A DNA stretch of 64,000 nucleotides, from contig JBMNFF010000001.1 of the NCBI GenBank assembly GCA_050949165.1, forward strand, positions 1,622-65,621, written 5' to 3'. The position numbers and the translations under genes are program-made. The DNA is from Bacillota bacterium (lineage in GTDB: Bacteria > Bacillota > Proteinivoracia > UBA4975). A model generated the notes under the pieces. That model was not told the origin of the DNA. It did no database searches and saw nothing but the letters and a program-made list of their open reading frames with translations. Positions 29,696 to 40,973 of the stretch are shown here, piece by piece (positions within the stretch are counted from its first letter, which is position 1; the number at the start of each line of letters is the position of its first letter).

Positions 29696-30873
29696 ACCAA
29701 TCCAGCTTCCTTGAGGACAGCCTCGATGATGTCCACCGCCTCGTCGATCAAGGCTTCGGTGTGGGTGGCCATGAGGCTTACCCGGAGCAGGCATTCACTG
29801 GGCGGCGTGGCCGGCGGCAGGACGGGGTTGACATAGACCCCGGCCTCGAACAGCTTCTTGTTCACCGTCAGGGTGGTGATCATGTCCTTGGTGTAGATGG
29901 GGATGATGGGAGTGGGGGACTCCTTGATCTTTATATTGCGGCTGTTGAGGGCCCGCTTCATGTAAGCGGCCAGCTGGCCCAGCCTGTCCACCCGCTGGGG
30001 TTCGGTGCGCATGATTTCCAGGGATTTGATGGCGGCGGCGCAGGATGCCGGGGTGATGGAGGCCGAGAAGATAAAGGGCCGGGACTTGTGCCGGACATAA
30101 TCCGCCACCACCCGAGAAGAGGCCATGAACCCGCCCAGGCTGGCCAGGGACTTGGAGAAGGTGCCCATGATGATATCCACTTCGTCTTCCAGCCCGAAGT
30201 AGGATGCGGTGCCCCGACCGCCGACGCCGATTACCCCCAAGCCGTGGGCGTCATCCACCATCAGCCGGGCCTTGTACTTCTTCTTCAATTCGACGATTTC
30301 CGGGAGCAGACAGATATCCCCGCTCATGCTGAAGACGCCGTCGGTGACGATGAGCTTGCCGGCATCTTCGGGGATGTTGGCCAGCACCCTTTCCAGATCG
30401 GCCATATCCGAGTGGTTAAAGCGCAAATGCTTGGCATAACTGAGCTTGCAGCCATCGTAGATGCTGGCGTGGTTCTCCTTGTCGGAGATGATATAGTCCC
30501 CCCGCCCGCACAGGGAACTGATGATGCCCAGGTTGGACTGAAAGCCGGTGGAAAAGGTGATTACTGCTTCGGCATGCAGAAACTCGGCCAAATCCCTTTC
30601 CAACTGGGTGTGCAGGTTGAGGGTGCCGTTGAGAAAGCGGGATCCAGAACAGCCGCTGCCGTATTTCCTGGTGGCGGCTATGGCGGCTTCCTTCACCCTT
30701 TCATCTGCCGTCAGGCCCAGGTAGTTATTGGAGCCCAACATTATCCTGCGCTTGCCCTCCATGATAACTTCCACATCCTGTTGGGACTGGAGCTCATGGA
30801 AATAGGGATATAACCCCAGGGCCTGTACTTCTTTAGCCTCGGTAAACTTCTCACACTTAGTAAATAAAGACAT
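29692..30873 (-). CDS. PLP-dependent alpha-oxoamine synthase (Spt/Kbl/BioF family acyl-CoA:amino-acid C-acyltransferase)
   Basis: 393 aa with SNNYLGL, the HASIYDG, DDAHG and GTFSKSLASLGGF (PLP-Lys) motifs. Co-transcribed with the SDR. Confidence 0.85.
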   Translation of the reverse strand: MSLFTKCEKFTEAKEVQALGLYPYFHELQSQQDVEVIMEGKRRIMLGSNNYLGLTADERVKEAAIAATRKYGSGCSGSRFLNGTLNLHTQLERDLAEFLHAEAVITFSTGFQSNLGIISSLCGRGDYIISDKENHASIYDGCKLSYAKHLRFNHSDMADLERVLANIPEDAGKLIVTDGVFSMSGDICLLPEIVELKKKYKARLMVDDAHGLGVIGVGGRGTASYFGLEDEVDIIMGTFSKSLASLGGFMASSRVVADYVRHKSRPFIFSASITPASCAAAIKSLEIMRTEPQRVDRLGQLAAYMKRALNSRNIKIKESPTPIIPIYTKDMITTLTVNKKLFEAGVYVNPVLPPATPPSECLLRVSLMATHTEALIDEAVDIIEAVLKEAGLV

Positions 30874-31229
30874 TATGATTCCACTCCTTTACCAAACCAA
30901 TAACAAGTGAGAGCGGGGACCAATGTCCTCGCCAAGCCAACCCTCCTTTACCTTGGATTGTATGGGATATATTGCGTATATTATATACTCAATCCCCGCT
31001 ATTTTCTAGGCCGATTTGCACCAATCTGCTGCCGGCCCGGGAACCCGGGGCCGGGTCCTCCGGCCCGTTGCCTGTTTCTCAATCTTCGTGTCCAATGAAG
31101 GGAATCCCCCAATATCTTGAAATATAGCAATATTAGACCATAAGAGAGCAAGATTCTTGAAGAAGTCTTCTCCTGGCGAAATTATAATTACCAGTAATGC
31201 AGTAATGCTTAATGCGAGGAGGCTTTATT

Positions 31230-31685
31230 TTGAAAAAAGTAATTTTCCTGTTCTTGCTTGCCCTGGTCCTGACCTCTGCCGGCTGCGGCTTCAAGAACAG
31301 GACCCCCTTAACAGCTGATGAGTTTGTCACCAAGATGGAAGCGGAAGGATTCACTTTGGTGGACGCTACCGATCAGTTCGAACCCGGTATAGTGGAGGCC
31401 GTGCAACTGGCCGTGGGTGAAGACTACCAGATTGAGTTCTACGTCGTTCCCACCGTCGAACAGGCCCAGCGGGCCTTTGAACAAAACAAGGCTGACTTTG
31501 AAGCTGCTCAGGGCAGCTCGTCCAGCCACAAATCCGTCGAAGTGAAAAACTACAGCTACTATTCCCAGACTTCAGCGGGTCTCTATGCTGTGGTGTCCCG
31601 AACAGACAACACCTTCATCTATGTTGTCGCCGATGCTGAATACAAGAAGGAGATCAACGAGATACTTTCCGATCTGGGATATTAA
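31230..31685 (+). CDS. Small lipoprotein, function unknown
   Basis: A TTG start after GAGGAGG gives (M)KKVIFLFLLALVLTSAGC (lipobox). Confidence 0.5.
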   Translation: MKKVIFLFLLALVLTSAGCGFKNRTPLTADEFVTKMEAEGFTLVDATDQFEPGIVEAVQLAVGEDYQIEFYVVPTVEQAQRAFEQNKADFEAAQGSSSSHKSVEVKNYSYYSQTSAGLYAVVSRTDNTFIYVVADAEYKKEINEILSDLGY

Positions 31686-31708
31686 ACAGTCCTCCCCCAT
31701 GGTAAGAC

Positions 31709-31737
31709 CGCCGGCTTGGGCCGGCGGTTGTTTTATA
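31709..31737 (+). terminator. Terminator ACCGCCGGC-TTGG-GCCGGCGGT followed by a T-rich tail
   Basis: Seen in the sequence. A second hairpin (AGACCTGC-CCC-TGCAGGTCT+TTTT) lies at about 31866-31893. Confidence 0.55.
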
Positions 31738-31965
31738 CCTCATCGCTTTGGATGTACAGAATCTGGTCGCAGCTGGCAGGGATATGCTGGTAAATCGCAG
31801 CGTGCGCTGCATGACTTCTTTGCCAACTCAGAGGTGGTAGGATGCCGCTAGTCCTGGGCCAACCTAATAAAGACCTGCCCCTGCAGGTCTTTTTATGATA
31901 CAGTAGAGAAGAAAAATTATCTGCTATCGGTGAAAATTATTGCCGGGGAACAAGGAGGATGCATA

Positions 31966-32415
31966 ATGAAGATCAATCTTACGAAAAAGCAGTACCAACT
32001 CCTGATGGAGAAGTGTTATATTGCCGACTGGGTAATCCACGCTTATCGGCGCCCTGAGGATGGTATCGGGGAAGACTACCTGGAACTGCAGCAGTATTTG
32101 CTGGGCTTTGCCAAAGACTTTGGCTATGAGGACAATGTCTCCCATATTCGGGAAAACGACAGATATGTCTGGGCAGAAGACTATTTGGAAAAGAATCCCG
32201 ACGCCGGGGAATACATACTCCACTACGACTTTAACAGATATGCCGATATCCTGTCCGACCGGCTGGCGGACATGGCCATCAAAGAGCGCTACTCCCCGGA
32301 AGAGCTGGAAGCGAAGGATCCCCAGGAACTCTCCAAGGAGTTTTATGAGCTTAAGCTCGAAGCTCTAAAGACCACTTCATTGCTCCACGGCAACCAGGGC
32401 GAGAAAGAAGAATAG
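31966..32415 (+). CDS. Hypothetical acidic cytoplasmic protein
   Basis: AGGAGG RBS before MKINLTKKQYQLL...; no recognisable domain. Confidence 0.4.
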   Translation: MKINLTKKQYQLLMEKCYIADWVIHAYRRPEDGIGEDYLELQQYLLGFAKDFGYEDNVSHIRENDRYVWAEDYLEKNPDAGEYILHYDFNRYADILSDRLADMAIKERYSPEELEAKDPQELSKEFYELKLEALKTTSLLHGNQGEKEE

Positions 32416-32602
32416 CAATAATAGTATTCAAGATGCCGGAATCTGCGAATTGCGTAACCCGGTATCTTTTTTTGTCAATGCGCGAAGCTATGTTTTGGTT
32501 GGAACGCAAAAGGCGCAATATTTATAATGTCTCAATTATCGGGGTTATGCTATTCTCATATTGGGTTGGTGGCAACCCCAATAATTGCTTGGAGGTCGAA
32601 TT

Positions 32603-33469
32603 ATGAAGAAAATTTTTTCGGCCATCTTGGTTTTGCTTATACTCATATGCTTCGCAGGCTGTGGAAGGAGTCCCGTTGAAATCCCAAGGGAGGATACAGA
32701 GGGAGAAAATCAATCTCCTGAACCTTCTCCAGAGCAAGTGTCCATAGCTGAGGAAGTCGTCATCGATGAACAGGGGATTCGCATCCAGATCGCCGCCCTT
32801 GAAGAAGCCAGGATGGGACCGGAACTGAAAGTGCAGATTGAGAATTCCTCAGAAGTGTCCGTAACTGTCCAGGTGAGAAAAACGTCAGTCAACGGATTTA
32901 TGATTGAACCGATCTTTTCCTGTGATGTGGCTCCGGGAAAGAAGGCTGTTGATGGCATATCCTTCTATGAAAGCGACATGGAAAGACACAATATTGAGGT
33001 CATCACCAACATTGAACTGGTCTTCCATGTCTTTAATGCCACCACCTGGGAAACTGTATTCAGATCCCAGCCGGTGCAAATTATTACAACAGCTGCAGAT
33101 AAGCACAGCCAAACCTATGATTCCGCAGGGGATGTATTAATCGAAAGCGCAGGAATAAAAATCGTCTTTCAGGGGTTGAGTGAAGATTATCTGGGTCCGG
33201 TGGCCAAGTTGTACATCGAGAACAATACCGACGAGTTTGTTTCCGTCCAAGCTAAAGATACTTCTGTAAATGGCTTTATGATCAGTCCCGTCTTTTCCTG
33301 TGAAATCACGCCGGGTAAAAAGGTCATTGACGGATTGTCATTCTACGAAGATGATATTGCTGAGCACGGCATCGACGCCATACAAGAAATCGAGCTGAGG
33401 TTCATCATCTTCAACCCCGATTCCTGGAAAACTATTTTAGAAACCGAATACATTACCATAACTCCATAA
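32603..33469 (+). CDS. Lipoprotein with two tandem ~100-aa beta-rich repeat domains (DUF4352-like)
   Basis: Lipobox ICFAGCG. Internal repeat ..VSVTVQVRKTSVNGFMIEPIFSCDVAPGKKAVDGISFYE.. and ..FVSVQAKDTSVNGFMISPVFSCEITPGKKVIDGLSFYE... Confidence 0.6.
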   Translation: MKKIFSAILVLLILICFAGCGRSPVEIPREDTEGENQSPEPSPEQVSIAEEVVIDEQGIRIQIAALEEARMGPELKVQIENSSEVSVTVQVRKTSVNGFMIEPIFSCDVAPGKKAVDGISFYESDMERHNIEVITNIELVFHVFNATTWETVFRSQPVQIITTAADKHSQTYDSAGDVLIESAGIKIVFQGLSEDYLGPVAKLYIENNTDEFVSVQAKDTSVNGFMISPVFSCEITPGKKVIDGLSFYEDDIAEHGIDAIQEIELRFIIFNPDSWKTILETEYITITP

Positions 33470-33472
33470 CCC

Positions 33473-34195
33473 TTAATACCCCACCCACATGACCGTTCCT
33501 CTTTCTGCGAAGCCCAGTTTCCTGGCCAGGCTCAATGACTTGTGATTGTCGGGCTCGATATGCACAAAGGCAGGTTTTCCCAATTCCTGCAGTTGCCTGG
33601 CGACAGCCACTGTCACATCCCGGGCATAGCCCCGTCCACGGTATTCTTCCCGCACAAAGAGGAACCCGATTGCCCCGTCATCGTGGGTTATGGCCCAGGC
33701 CACGGGCTCATCTCCGTGGAAAATTGCCGCTGAGTGTCCCCGGGCAATGCGGTCGCGGGTGTAGGCCAATGTGGTCAGCTCTGCATAAGGCCAGAGACGG
33801 TAGATGGCATCGGCATGCGCCGGCAGAAGCTTGACAGGAGTGGTTCCCGGTTGGGGCAGGGCGGCGCCCTGGGGGAGTTGGAGCCGCAAAGATGCCATCT
33901 GCCAATTTATCCGGCGGCCCCTGGCCAGGAGGGGAAGCATCCAGGCCTGGACCAGGGCGAAGTTTTTATCCTGATCGGTCAGAGACCCTGTCATTTCCAG
34001 CAGCTCATCCCTGTTCTCGCTCTTGATGTATACCCAGTCCCAATCGCTGGTTCCCTTGAAAAGCAGCGAGGACCCACAACGCAGGAGTTCGGTAATGGGA
34101 TTGTTCTCCAGGAAATTAATGTAGGCGATATTGCCCTCTATGTCCCGGGCCAGGAAATCGATGGCTTCATGCTTACTGAGATTTTCCATCCTCAT
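33473..34195 (-). CDS. GNAT-family N-acetyltransferase
   Basis: The C-terminal ...GFLFVREEYRGRGYARDV...SLSLARKLGF block is a GNAT motif A/B region. Confidence 0.75.
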   Translation of the reverse strand: MRMENLSKHEAIDFLARDIEGNIAYINFLENNPITELLRCGSSLLFKGTSDWDWVYIKSENRDELLEMTGSLTDQDKNFALVQAWMLPLLARGRRINWQMASLRLQLPQGAALPQPGTTPVKLLPAHADAIYRLWPYAELTTLAYTRDRIARGHSAAIFHGDEPVAWAITHDDGAIGFLFVREEYRGRGYARDVTVAVARQLQELGKPAFVHIEPDNHKSLSLARKLGFAERGTVMWVGY

Positions 34196-34625
34196 ACTTG
34201 GTCTTCACCTTCCTTAGGCCATTTACCCGTATTGCACCCAAGCGGGCAAGCTACCGAAAGCCCTTGCTATGCATGCTAATTCCACGTGCTGCAATTCAAT
34301 TCCTCCAATTTCCACAGTCGATGCACCGGATTATATGGAGGCTGTGGGGTTTGAGGCCTGGCTGACAAGGCAGATGTTGTGTTGGCCAGAATTTATAGGG
34401 AGCCTGTGCCTAGGCTCCTTTTTTCTGGAATGTAATCCATATCTGCAACATTTAGACAAATTGAGCAATCCGGAATTACCGGCAGGATAAATAAGTGTAA
34501 TTGTAGAATATTGTCAGCAACTCTATTTTCTGGGGGAAATCACATTATTCCCAACTTAATTCGCCCACGCTTCCACCCAGGGGCGCTGGGCCTTTATTAC
34601 CACATACTTTTCTAGGGGGGGTAAG

Positions 34626-36843
34626 GTGAAAAAGTTAATCGTTTGGGGCCTTATATTTTCCTTCTTGTTCGGGATAACCGGTTGCTCGAAGTCAATAGAA
34701 TTGGAGTCAATCGTCCTTGACCCTGAGGAACTTGTCCTGGAGATCTCACAGTCGCGACAACTCAATATTTCTTTTGTTCCAGAAAGCGCCGAAGCCACAG
34801 ATATAACATGGTCGTCCAGCGACGGCAGTGTCGCCAGTGTAGATTGAGACCGGGATAGTAACAGCGGTTTCCCCGGGGACGGCAGTCATCACCGCAACCG
34901 GTCCCAATGGGGTTGCCGCTCACTGCACCGTTACGGTCCCGGTCATCCCGGTCACAGGCGTCTCTCTGGAAGGATCCCTTACCGTAACGACGAATACATC
35001 CCACCGGCTTTCTGCTACCCTGATCCCGGAGCACGCTTCCAACCCGGCGCTGTCCTGGACTTCCAGCGATACAGACGTGGCAATTGTCGAAGCCGATGGA
35101 ACTGTAGTCGCCCTCTCACCGGGAACCGTCATTATCACTGTTACAACTGAAGATGGCGGCCATACGGCAGAGTGTACTGTCGATGTAAAAAGCGCCGTTG
35201 AAAAGGTAGCTTTAGATAAACATACCCTTAACCTTGCAACCACCGAAACTGCACAGCTTTCTGCCGTTGTCAGTCCCCCGGACGCGCTTCAGGATGTCGT
35301 CTGGAGCTCCAGTGACGAAGGGGTAGCCACTGTGGACGATTCCGGACTTGTTTCCGCCAGGAACGAAGGCACTGCTGTTATTACCGTTACGACGCCTTGC
35401 GGACGTACCGACAGTTGCACCGTTACAGTGACCAGGGTAAAAGTCACCGGCGTCAAAATCAATCGCTCATCACTAAAACTCGCCACCGGGGATTTGGCGC
35501 AGTTATCCGCCACAGTGTCGCCGGCAAATGCCGCTGAAAAATCTGTATCCTGGCAGTCCAGCAATCCCGACGTTGCAACTGTAAACGCCTCTGGTAAATT
35601 GACAGCGGTCAGTCCCGGTCAATGCACTGTTACTGTCAAGACTGTGGACGGCGCCTACACCGCAACTTGCGCTGTTACAGTATTTGCTCCTACCGGTAAA
35701 CCCGGCAACTCCATCGGCAATCTCGTGAACCTGGGGACGTTCGCCTATCATGATGGCTGGATATATTTCTCGAATCCTTATGACGACCTCAAACTGTATA
35801 AAATCCGGGCCGACGGCGGCACCGCGTACAAATTAAGTAATGAATACGATACCAGTGGTATCAACATCGTTGATGGGTGGATATATTATCAGGCGGTTTC
35901 AGGCAGAAATCACAGGATTTTTAAAATCCGCCCTGATGGAAGCGGCAAGCAAATGCTTGTCACTCTGCCCCGGTCTGTCGATGCATACGGCAATGTAGGC
36001 GGACTAGGGAGAATGATGGTCATGGATGGTTGGATTTACATGGGAAATACAAATACAAGATATCGAATCGACGGCTCCGAAAAGCAGGAATGTCATGACC
36101 CGTTTCGGTCGGCCATCGTTGACGGATGGCTCTACACCTCATCGGAATCTGAAATTTACCGCATCCGAACCGATGGAGGCAAAAGGGAAATCTTATACCG
36201 AGGGAGAAAACATATTGTTTTCTTGCATATAATTGATGGATGGATGTATTTCGAGGATTGGAATAGTGTGAACCGTTTGAAGCTCGGCGGCACCCAGGTT
36301 GAAAAGCTGATAGAATTTGAAGGCAGATTTGAAAGTATGTTGGTAGATGAAGGCTGGATTTACATCTTGGAGCATACTGGCCCAGAAAAGATGAATATAC
36401 TGCGTATACGCACTGACGGAAGCACACCCCAAAAGTTAATTGCCGATGAAAATCTCCCCCCCATATCCTGGTTGCAGGTTGCCGACGGCTGGCTATATTA
36501 TCGGACCAGAGCCTACACCACCAGAGGGAGTAGCATAGGAGACTATATGCGCCTGCGCCTGACAAACAGCGATATCAAGGAGCCCTTTGCGGCCTACCCG
36601 GTCAGCGGCCAAATTGTCGACGCCAATAATCAACCTGTCTGGACTAGATATCTGGTAAAATATACCGGCAAAGACCTGGCAACCAATTCCAACAGGGATA
36701 TGTATGCCGAGAATGGAAATATCTATGTTCTCCTCTATCCCGGAACATACGTAATTCAAATTGAAGTGAGCTTTCTGGAATATTTTGAATATGAGTTTGT
36801 AGTCGACGGCCCGATTTCCGATTTGAGGATAGTATTGCCCTAG
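34626..36843 (+). pseudogene. Lipoprotein with four Big_2 Ig-like domains and a C-terminal DUF5050 (DGWIYY-repeat beta-propeller) domain; frameshift after the first Big_2 domain near 34845
   Basis: GTG start after G7. Lipobox ITGCS. ORFs 34626..34847 and 35077..36843 reconnect as ..SVASVD|ETGIVTAVSPGTAVITATGPNG.. if one T is removed from 'gattgag'. Confidence 0.7.
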
Positions 36844-36928
36844 CTTTTCCCACCACAGTCCATCACTGCAGACTGATCGCCTGGTAAAGAAGGCAAAAGC
36901 CGATGTGCGGTTCCCCGCATCGGCTTTT
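36822..36928. repeat. Copy A of a ~105-bp duplicated module (gene 3' end + palindromic terminator AAAAGCCGATG-N12-CATCGGCTTTT)
   Basis: Near-identical to 42882..42996: AGTATTGCC-TAGCTTT-CCCACCA-AGTCCAT ... AGAAGG-AAAAGCCGATG-GCGGTTCCCCGC-ATCGGCTTTT. Confidence 0.7.
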
Positions 36929-36979
36929 GCTTTTCATTATGCTCAGGATAAGCCAGGATTTTCTTTTTACCACCGTTTT

Positions 36980-38170
36980 CTACTTATTATTATGGTTATC
37001 CTCTGCCTGCTGAATGAAATAATGCTTACAGGCAAGGGTCAGCAACAGCTGTTTCTCATAATCGCTGATGTCGCCGATAATGCTCTCAATTTGCTTGACC
37101 CGATTATAAACGGTATTTCGGTGCAGGAATAGAGCTTGTCCTGTTGCGGAGATATTGTATGAGTTTTCGCTAAGGGCCATTAAAGTTGCCAATAGCTCGG
37201 TGTTCTGACGTGCATCTGCTTCTGCAAGAGGAGAGATAAGGGTCTGGCAAAGATGGTTCAGGACATAGTGGTTTTGATTGTCGTTCAGGAAAAAATCGAG
37301 GAAGTAATCTTCAAATAAAAATTCCTGTCGCTCCGGATATAATCTCATACCGAGATAGAGAAGCGTGGTAGTGTGAAAGGCTGCTTGATTTAAGTCTAAT
37401 AGGCTATGGCAGGGTGGGCTCATGGCTATTATTGTGTCGTCAAATCCAAGGCAGCGGCGAATAGTGGCAAAGATTACTTGCACAGCTGAAGGATACTCTA
37501 AGTTAAATGTCTCAGGATTACATATCCTGCAGAAAATTAATGTATTACCCTGCATGTCCGAACCTAAGCAACAAGTTTCAACATCTGCAGCACGATCAAT
37601 AGCGCTACTCAGTTCTGACAGCTTCTCCCGAGTAACAGGAGAACTGCTGCGGGCAACTATGATGTATCGCAGGCAGTTCAAGAGCACGCCAAATTTTGAA
37701 GCATTAACGCGAATATCCTTCTCATCGCTTAAATCTCCCCGGATAATTGCGCCAAAAAAACCGTCTAAGGAGCTAAAGCGAAATTTCGAGGAATCGCTGG
37801 CTGCCAGGGTATTTAGCAGTGGCCTTGATATTTCCCTATAACTAAAATGCATGGGAATGCGAATTATTGGGAAGGAATTTTCCTCTGCAATTCTGGCTAC
37901 CCGTTCCGGAATAGACTTTACATACCGACCTAATTTTATGCCGAGACCCGAGCAACCTCGGCGAATCAATGTGCGGACCAGCAGTTCGAGCAGGGCTTCA
38001 TCAGAAGCAAAACAGTAGCCCGTCGTTATTATAAAGTCATTGGCATTAGTCCAGTGCATACCTTCGGGAATCTCGACAACATCGATATAGGCGACGCGAC
38101 GGCTAATTCCTGTTTCTCCATGTAATACGGAAATTTGCTCGTCAAGGCGAAGGATATCTTCTACTATCAT
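36980..38170 (-). CDS. PucR-family transcriptional regulator (purine-catabolism-regulator-like; GGDEF-like middle domain plus C-terminal HTH)
   Basis: C-terminal PucR HTH (...ATGQALFLHRNTVYNRVKQIESI...). The second ATG was chosen because of an AAAGGGGG RBS. Divergent from the M20 hydrolase gene. Confidence 0.7.
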   Translation of the reverse strand: MIVEDILRLDEQISVLHGETGISRRVAYIDVVEIPEGMHWTNANDFIITTGYCFASDEALLELLVRTLIRRGCSGLGIKLGRYVKSIPERVARIAEENSFPIIRIPMHFSYREISRPLLNTLAASDSSKFRFSSLDGFFGAIIRGDLSDEKDIRVNASKFGVLLNCLRYIIVARSSSPVTREKLSELSSAIDRAADVETCCLGSDMQGNTLIFCRICNPETFNLEYPSAVQVIFATIRRCLGFDDTIIAMSPPCHSLLDLNQAAFHTTTLLYLGMRLYPERQEFLFEDYFLDFFLNDNQNHYVLNHLCQTLISPLAEADARQNTELLATLMALSENSYNISATGQALFLHRNTVYNRVKQIESIIGDISDYEKQLLLTLACKHYFIQQAEDNHNNK

Positions 38171-38622
38171 TGCTTTGCCCCCTTTGCCCATTCTATTGGA
38201 ATTATATCAGAGTTATTGTGCACCATGCACAATAAAACCAGCTTTTTTTGTGTTTACTTATCTTGTAAAGGTTTAAAGGCTTAAATTAAAATTTAAAGTA
38301 ACAATATTGTAATATTAGAGTAAGAATATTGCCAAACCTGGTCAGTGTGCTTGGACTTTTGCTGGAGAATTGAGCCAGTTGAAGGGAGGTATGGACTGAA
38401 TGGCCTGCTTACCACACGGCATAGTCTAGCACACCAAACCGCCCAACTTCTTTTGCCATTGTAGGAAAGATTTTGTATAGCTGCATGCCATGCAGGAGGT
38501 TCCAGTGCTCAAAGATGTTAGCGGTGGGCACCAAGTTGCTTGCTTTTTATTTGACTAATAGAAGAAAAGCCTTCTGTAAATTAATTACAGGCGAAAGACC
38601 TCATTACTGAAAGGGGCAAGCT

Positions 38623-39831
38623 ATGAAAAAACAGGATCTACTGGCGCTTGTAGATAAAAAGGCTCTCCGAGCAGTTGAATTGCGCAGGGATATCCACCAA
38701 TATCCCGAATTGAGTGGGCAGGAATGGCGGACAAGTGAGCTTGTGCGCAAAGAACTGGATCGGCTGGGTATCCAGTATCAATCTTGGCCGGACTATACCG
38801 GAGTTGTGGGTTTAATTCCCGGTGCTGGCCAGGGGCCAGTTATTGCCCTGCGTGCAGATATGGATGCTCTACCTATCCTGGAAAAAAGGACAGAACTGCC
38901 CTTTTGCTCAAAGATCCCTGGGGTTATGCACGCTTGCGGCCATGATGTCCATACCGCGATTTTGTTAGGTGCGGCAGCTGTGCTGAAGGAGCTGGCTCCT
39001 CGTCTCCACGGCACTGTGAAATTACTGTTTCAACCCAGCGAGGAAAGCGGAGATAATGGCGCCGCACGCATGGTGGACTTAGGTTGTATGGAGAACCCCA
39101 AAGTGGATAAGGTGTTTGGCATCCACGTGGATGATAGTCGCGAATGTGGGCAATTGGGCACCAAGGCTGGCGCCATCAATTCAGCTTCCGATCATTTTCA
39201 GGTTACGGTCTTGGGCAAATCTACCCATGGCACCAAACCCCAAAAGGGAGTAGATGCCATACATACTGCCTGCCAGATGATTATCAATCTATATACCATG
39301 ATGTCGCGCAGGCTCAGCGCCCTGGATACTGTGTCGGTTAATGTCGGGACCATCTGTGGTGGATCGGCAGATAACATCATTTGCGATAAAGTTGAATTCG
39401 GTATTTCCCTACGCACCGTCAGCAATGAAATTCGTTCTTACATGCATGAGGAAATACGTCAGCTGCTGAAGGATACTGCGCGTTTGAATCGCGCCAAGGT
39501 GGAGATCTCCTTGCGCGAAGGGGCAAGAAGCCAATTCAATGATGAAGGCTGCGTCCAATTGATTGAGAGTGTGGCTGACCTGTTGTACGGGAAAGGCGTT
39601 TACGAGACGAACCCTCACCCGTCTATGGGTTCTGAGGATTTTTCCGAATACTGCAGGGACGGCACGCCTGGAGCGTTGTGGGAACTGGGCGTTCGTAACA
39701 CAGAAAAGGGATGGACGGCAGGGCTGCACAATGATCAATTCTGTCCTGACGAAAGGGCAATACCCATTGGCATTGCAATGCAAAGTGCGATTGTGTACCA
39801 ACTGCTCAGCAAAGATGGACTTGAGGAGTAG
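38623..39831 (+). CDS. M20D-family amidohydrolase (N-acyl-L-amino-acid amidohydrolase/hippuricase/carboxypeptidase-like)
   Basis: [17 protein letters not shown], the metal-binding E..G/H pattern and a dimerisation insert. AAAGGGG RBS. Confidence 0.85.
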   Translation: MKKQDLLALVDKKALRAVELRRDIHQYPELSGQEWRTSELVRKELDRLGIQYQSWPDYTGVVGLIPGAGQGPVIALRADMDALPILEKRTELPFCSKIPGVMHACGHDVHTAILLGAAAVLKELAPRLHGTVKLLFQPSEESGDNGAARMVDLGCMENPKVDKVFGIHVDDSRECGQLGTKAGAINSASDHFQVTVLGKSTHGTKPQKGVDAIHTACQMIINLYTMMSRRLSALDTVSVNVGTICGGSADNIICDKVEFGISLRTVSNEIRSYMHEEIRQLLKDTARLNRAKVEISLREGARSQFNDEGCVQLIESVADLLYGKGVYETNPHPSMGSEDFSEYCRDGTPGALWELGVRNTEKGWTAGLHNDQFCPDERAIPIGIAMQSAIVYQLLSKDGLEE

Positions 39832-39886
39832 GTGCATTAGTGCACTCCAGTAAAGCATTAAGCAAGATAACATAACATGAGATAGA

Positions 39887-40973
39887 ATGCGGGTGTTAAA
39901 CATGATAATTAATCGAGAAACCGGGACTTGGGCTGTATACGGTGGAATGTTGTTGGGCGGTGGCGGCGGCGGAGATATCCAGGAGGGGTTGCGCATACTC
40001 GACCTGGCTCTTTCTTATGCCCAAGAAATACCCCTTCGCCCTCTGTCCGAGATTGACCCTCAGGCAATCATACTGACTGCCTCCCTGGTTGGTTCCCCGG
40101 CATCCAAGGAGCGGTATGTGGCTCCAGCCCATTACCAGCGAGTGTATCAGATATTCCGCCAGCAGTATCCCGGAGAAATTGGCGGGATCATCACCAACGA
40201 AATGGGGGCGCAAAGCAGTACCAATGGTTGGGTGCTGGCCGCCATGACCGGTCTGCCCCTAATCGACGCCCCTTGCAATGGCCGGGCCCATCCCACTGGA
40301 GTGATGGGCGCCCTGGGGCTCGCTGAGGAAAAGGGATACCGCTCCATTCAGGTCGGAGTCGGGGGAAGAGAGCACAGAGAGACAGAAATCTATGTCTCAG
40401 GCGATTTGGGTACAGCTTCTTCCCTAATCCGCAGCGCGGCATCGGCAGCAGGCGGATTTGTCACAGTGCTGCGCAATCCTGTAACTGCCGATTATGTGGC
40501 TAAACATGCGGCTGTTGGCGCCCTTTCCCACTCGATTAAAGTGGGACAAGTACTCTACCGGGAATTGGGTAATGCCGATGCAGTTGTAGAGGCCTTGGCA
40601 AACACCCTGGGGGTTCAAGAGATTTGCCGGGGTGTGATTTCAGACCATGACCTAAATATCACCGAAGGTTTTGATTTAGGAACCCTGACCATAGAGACCG
40701 ATGGCCTTCCCGTAGACAATCTCTTTCTGGAATGAATACATGACTGCCGAGCGAGGCGGGGTGCGGCTTGCCACTTTCCCCGACTTGATTGCAGTCCTGG
40801 ATGGCGAAAGCGGGCTGCCGCAAACCAGCGCCATGGTCCATGTCAATCAGGAGGTAATCCTGATTAAATTGGGATATGAACAGTTGCTGTTAGGGAGTAG
40901 CATGCGCAACCGCAGGTTATTCGAGGAAGCAGAGAGATATCTCAAAAGGGATCTGGTAAAGTATGTCTTCTAA
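39887..40973 (+). pseudogene. DUF917-family protein, split by a frameshift near 40733
   Basis: GGGGGGD motif near the N-terminus. ORFs 39887..40735 and 40740..40973 join as ..VDNLFLE|EYMTAERGGV.. by removing one T. The summed length of about 360 aa matches DUF917. Confidence 0.6.
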
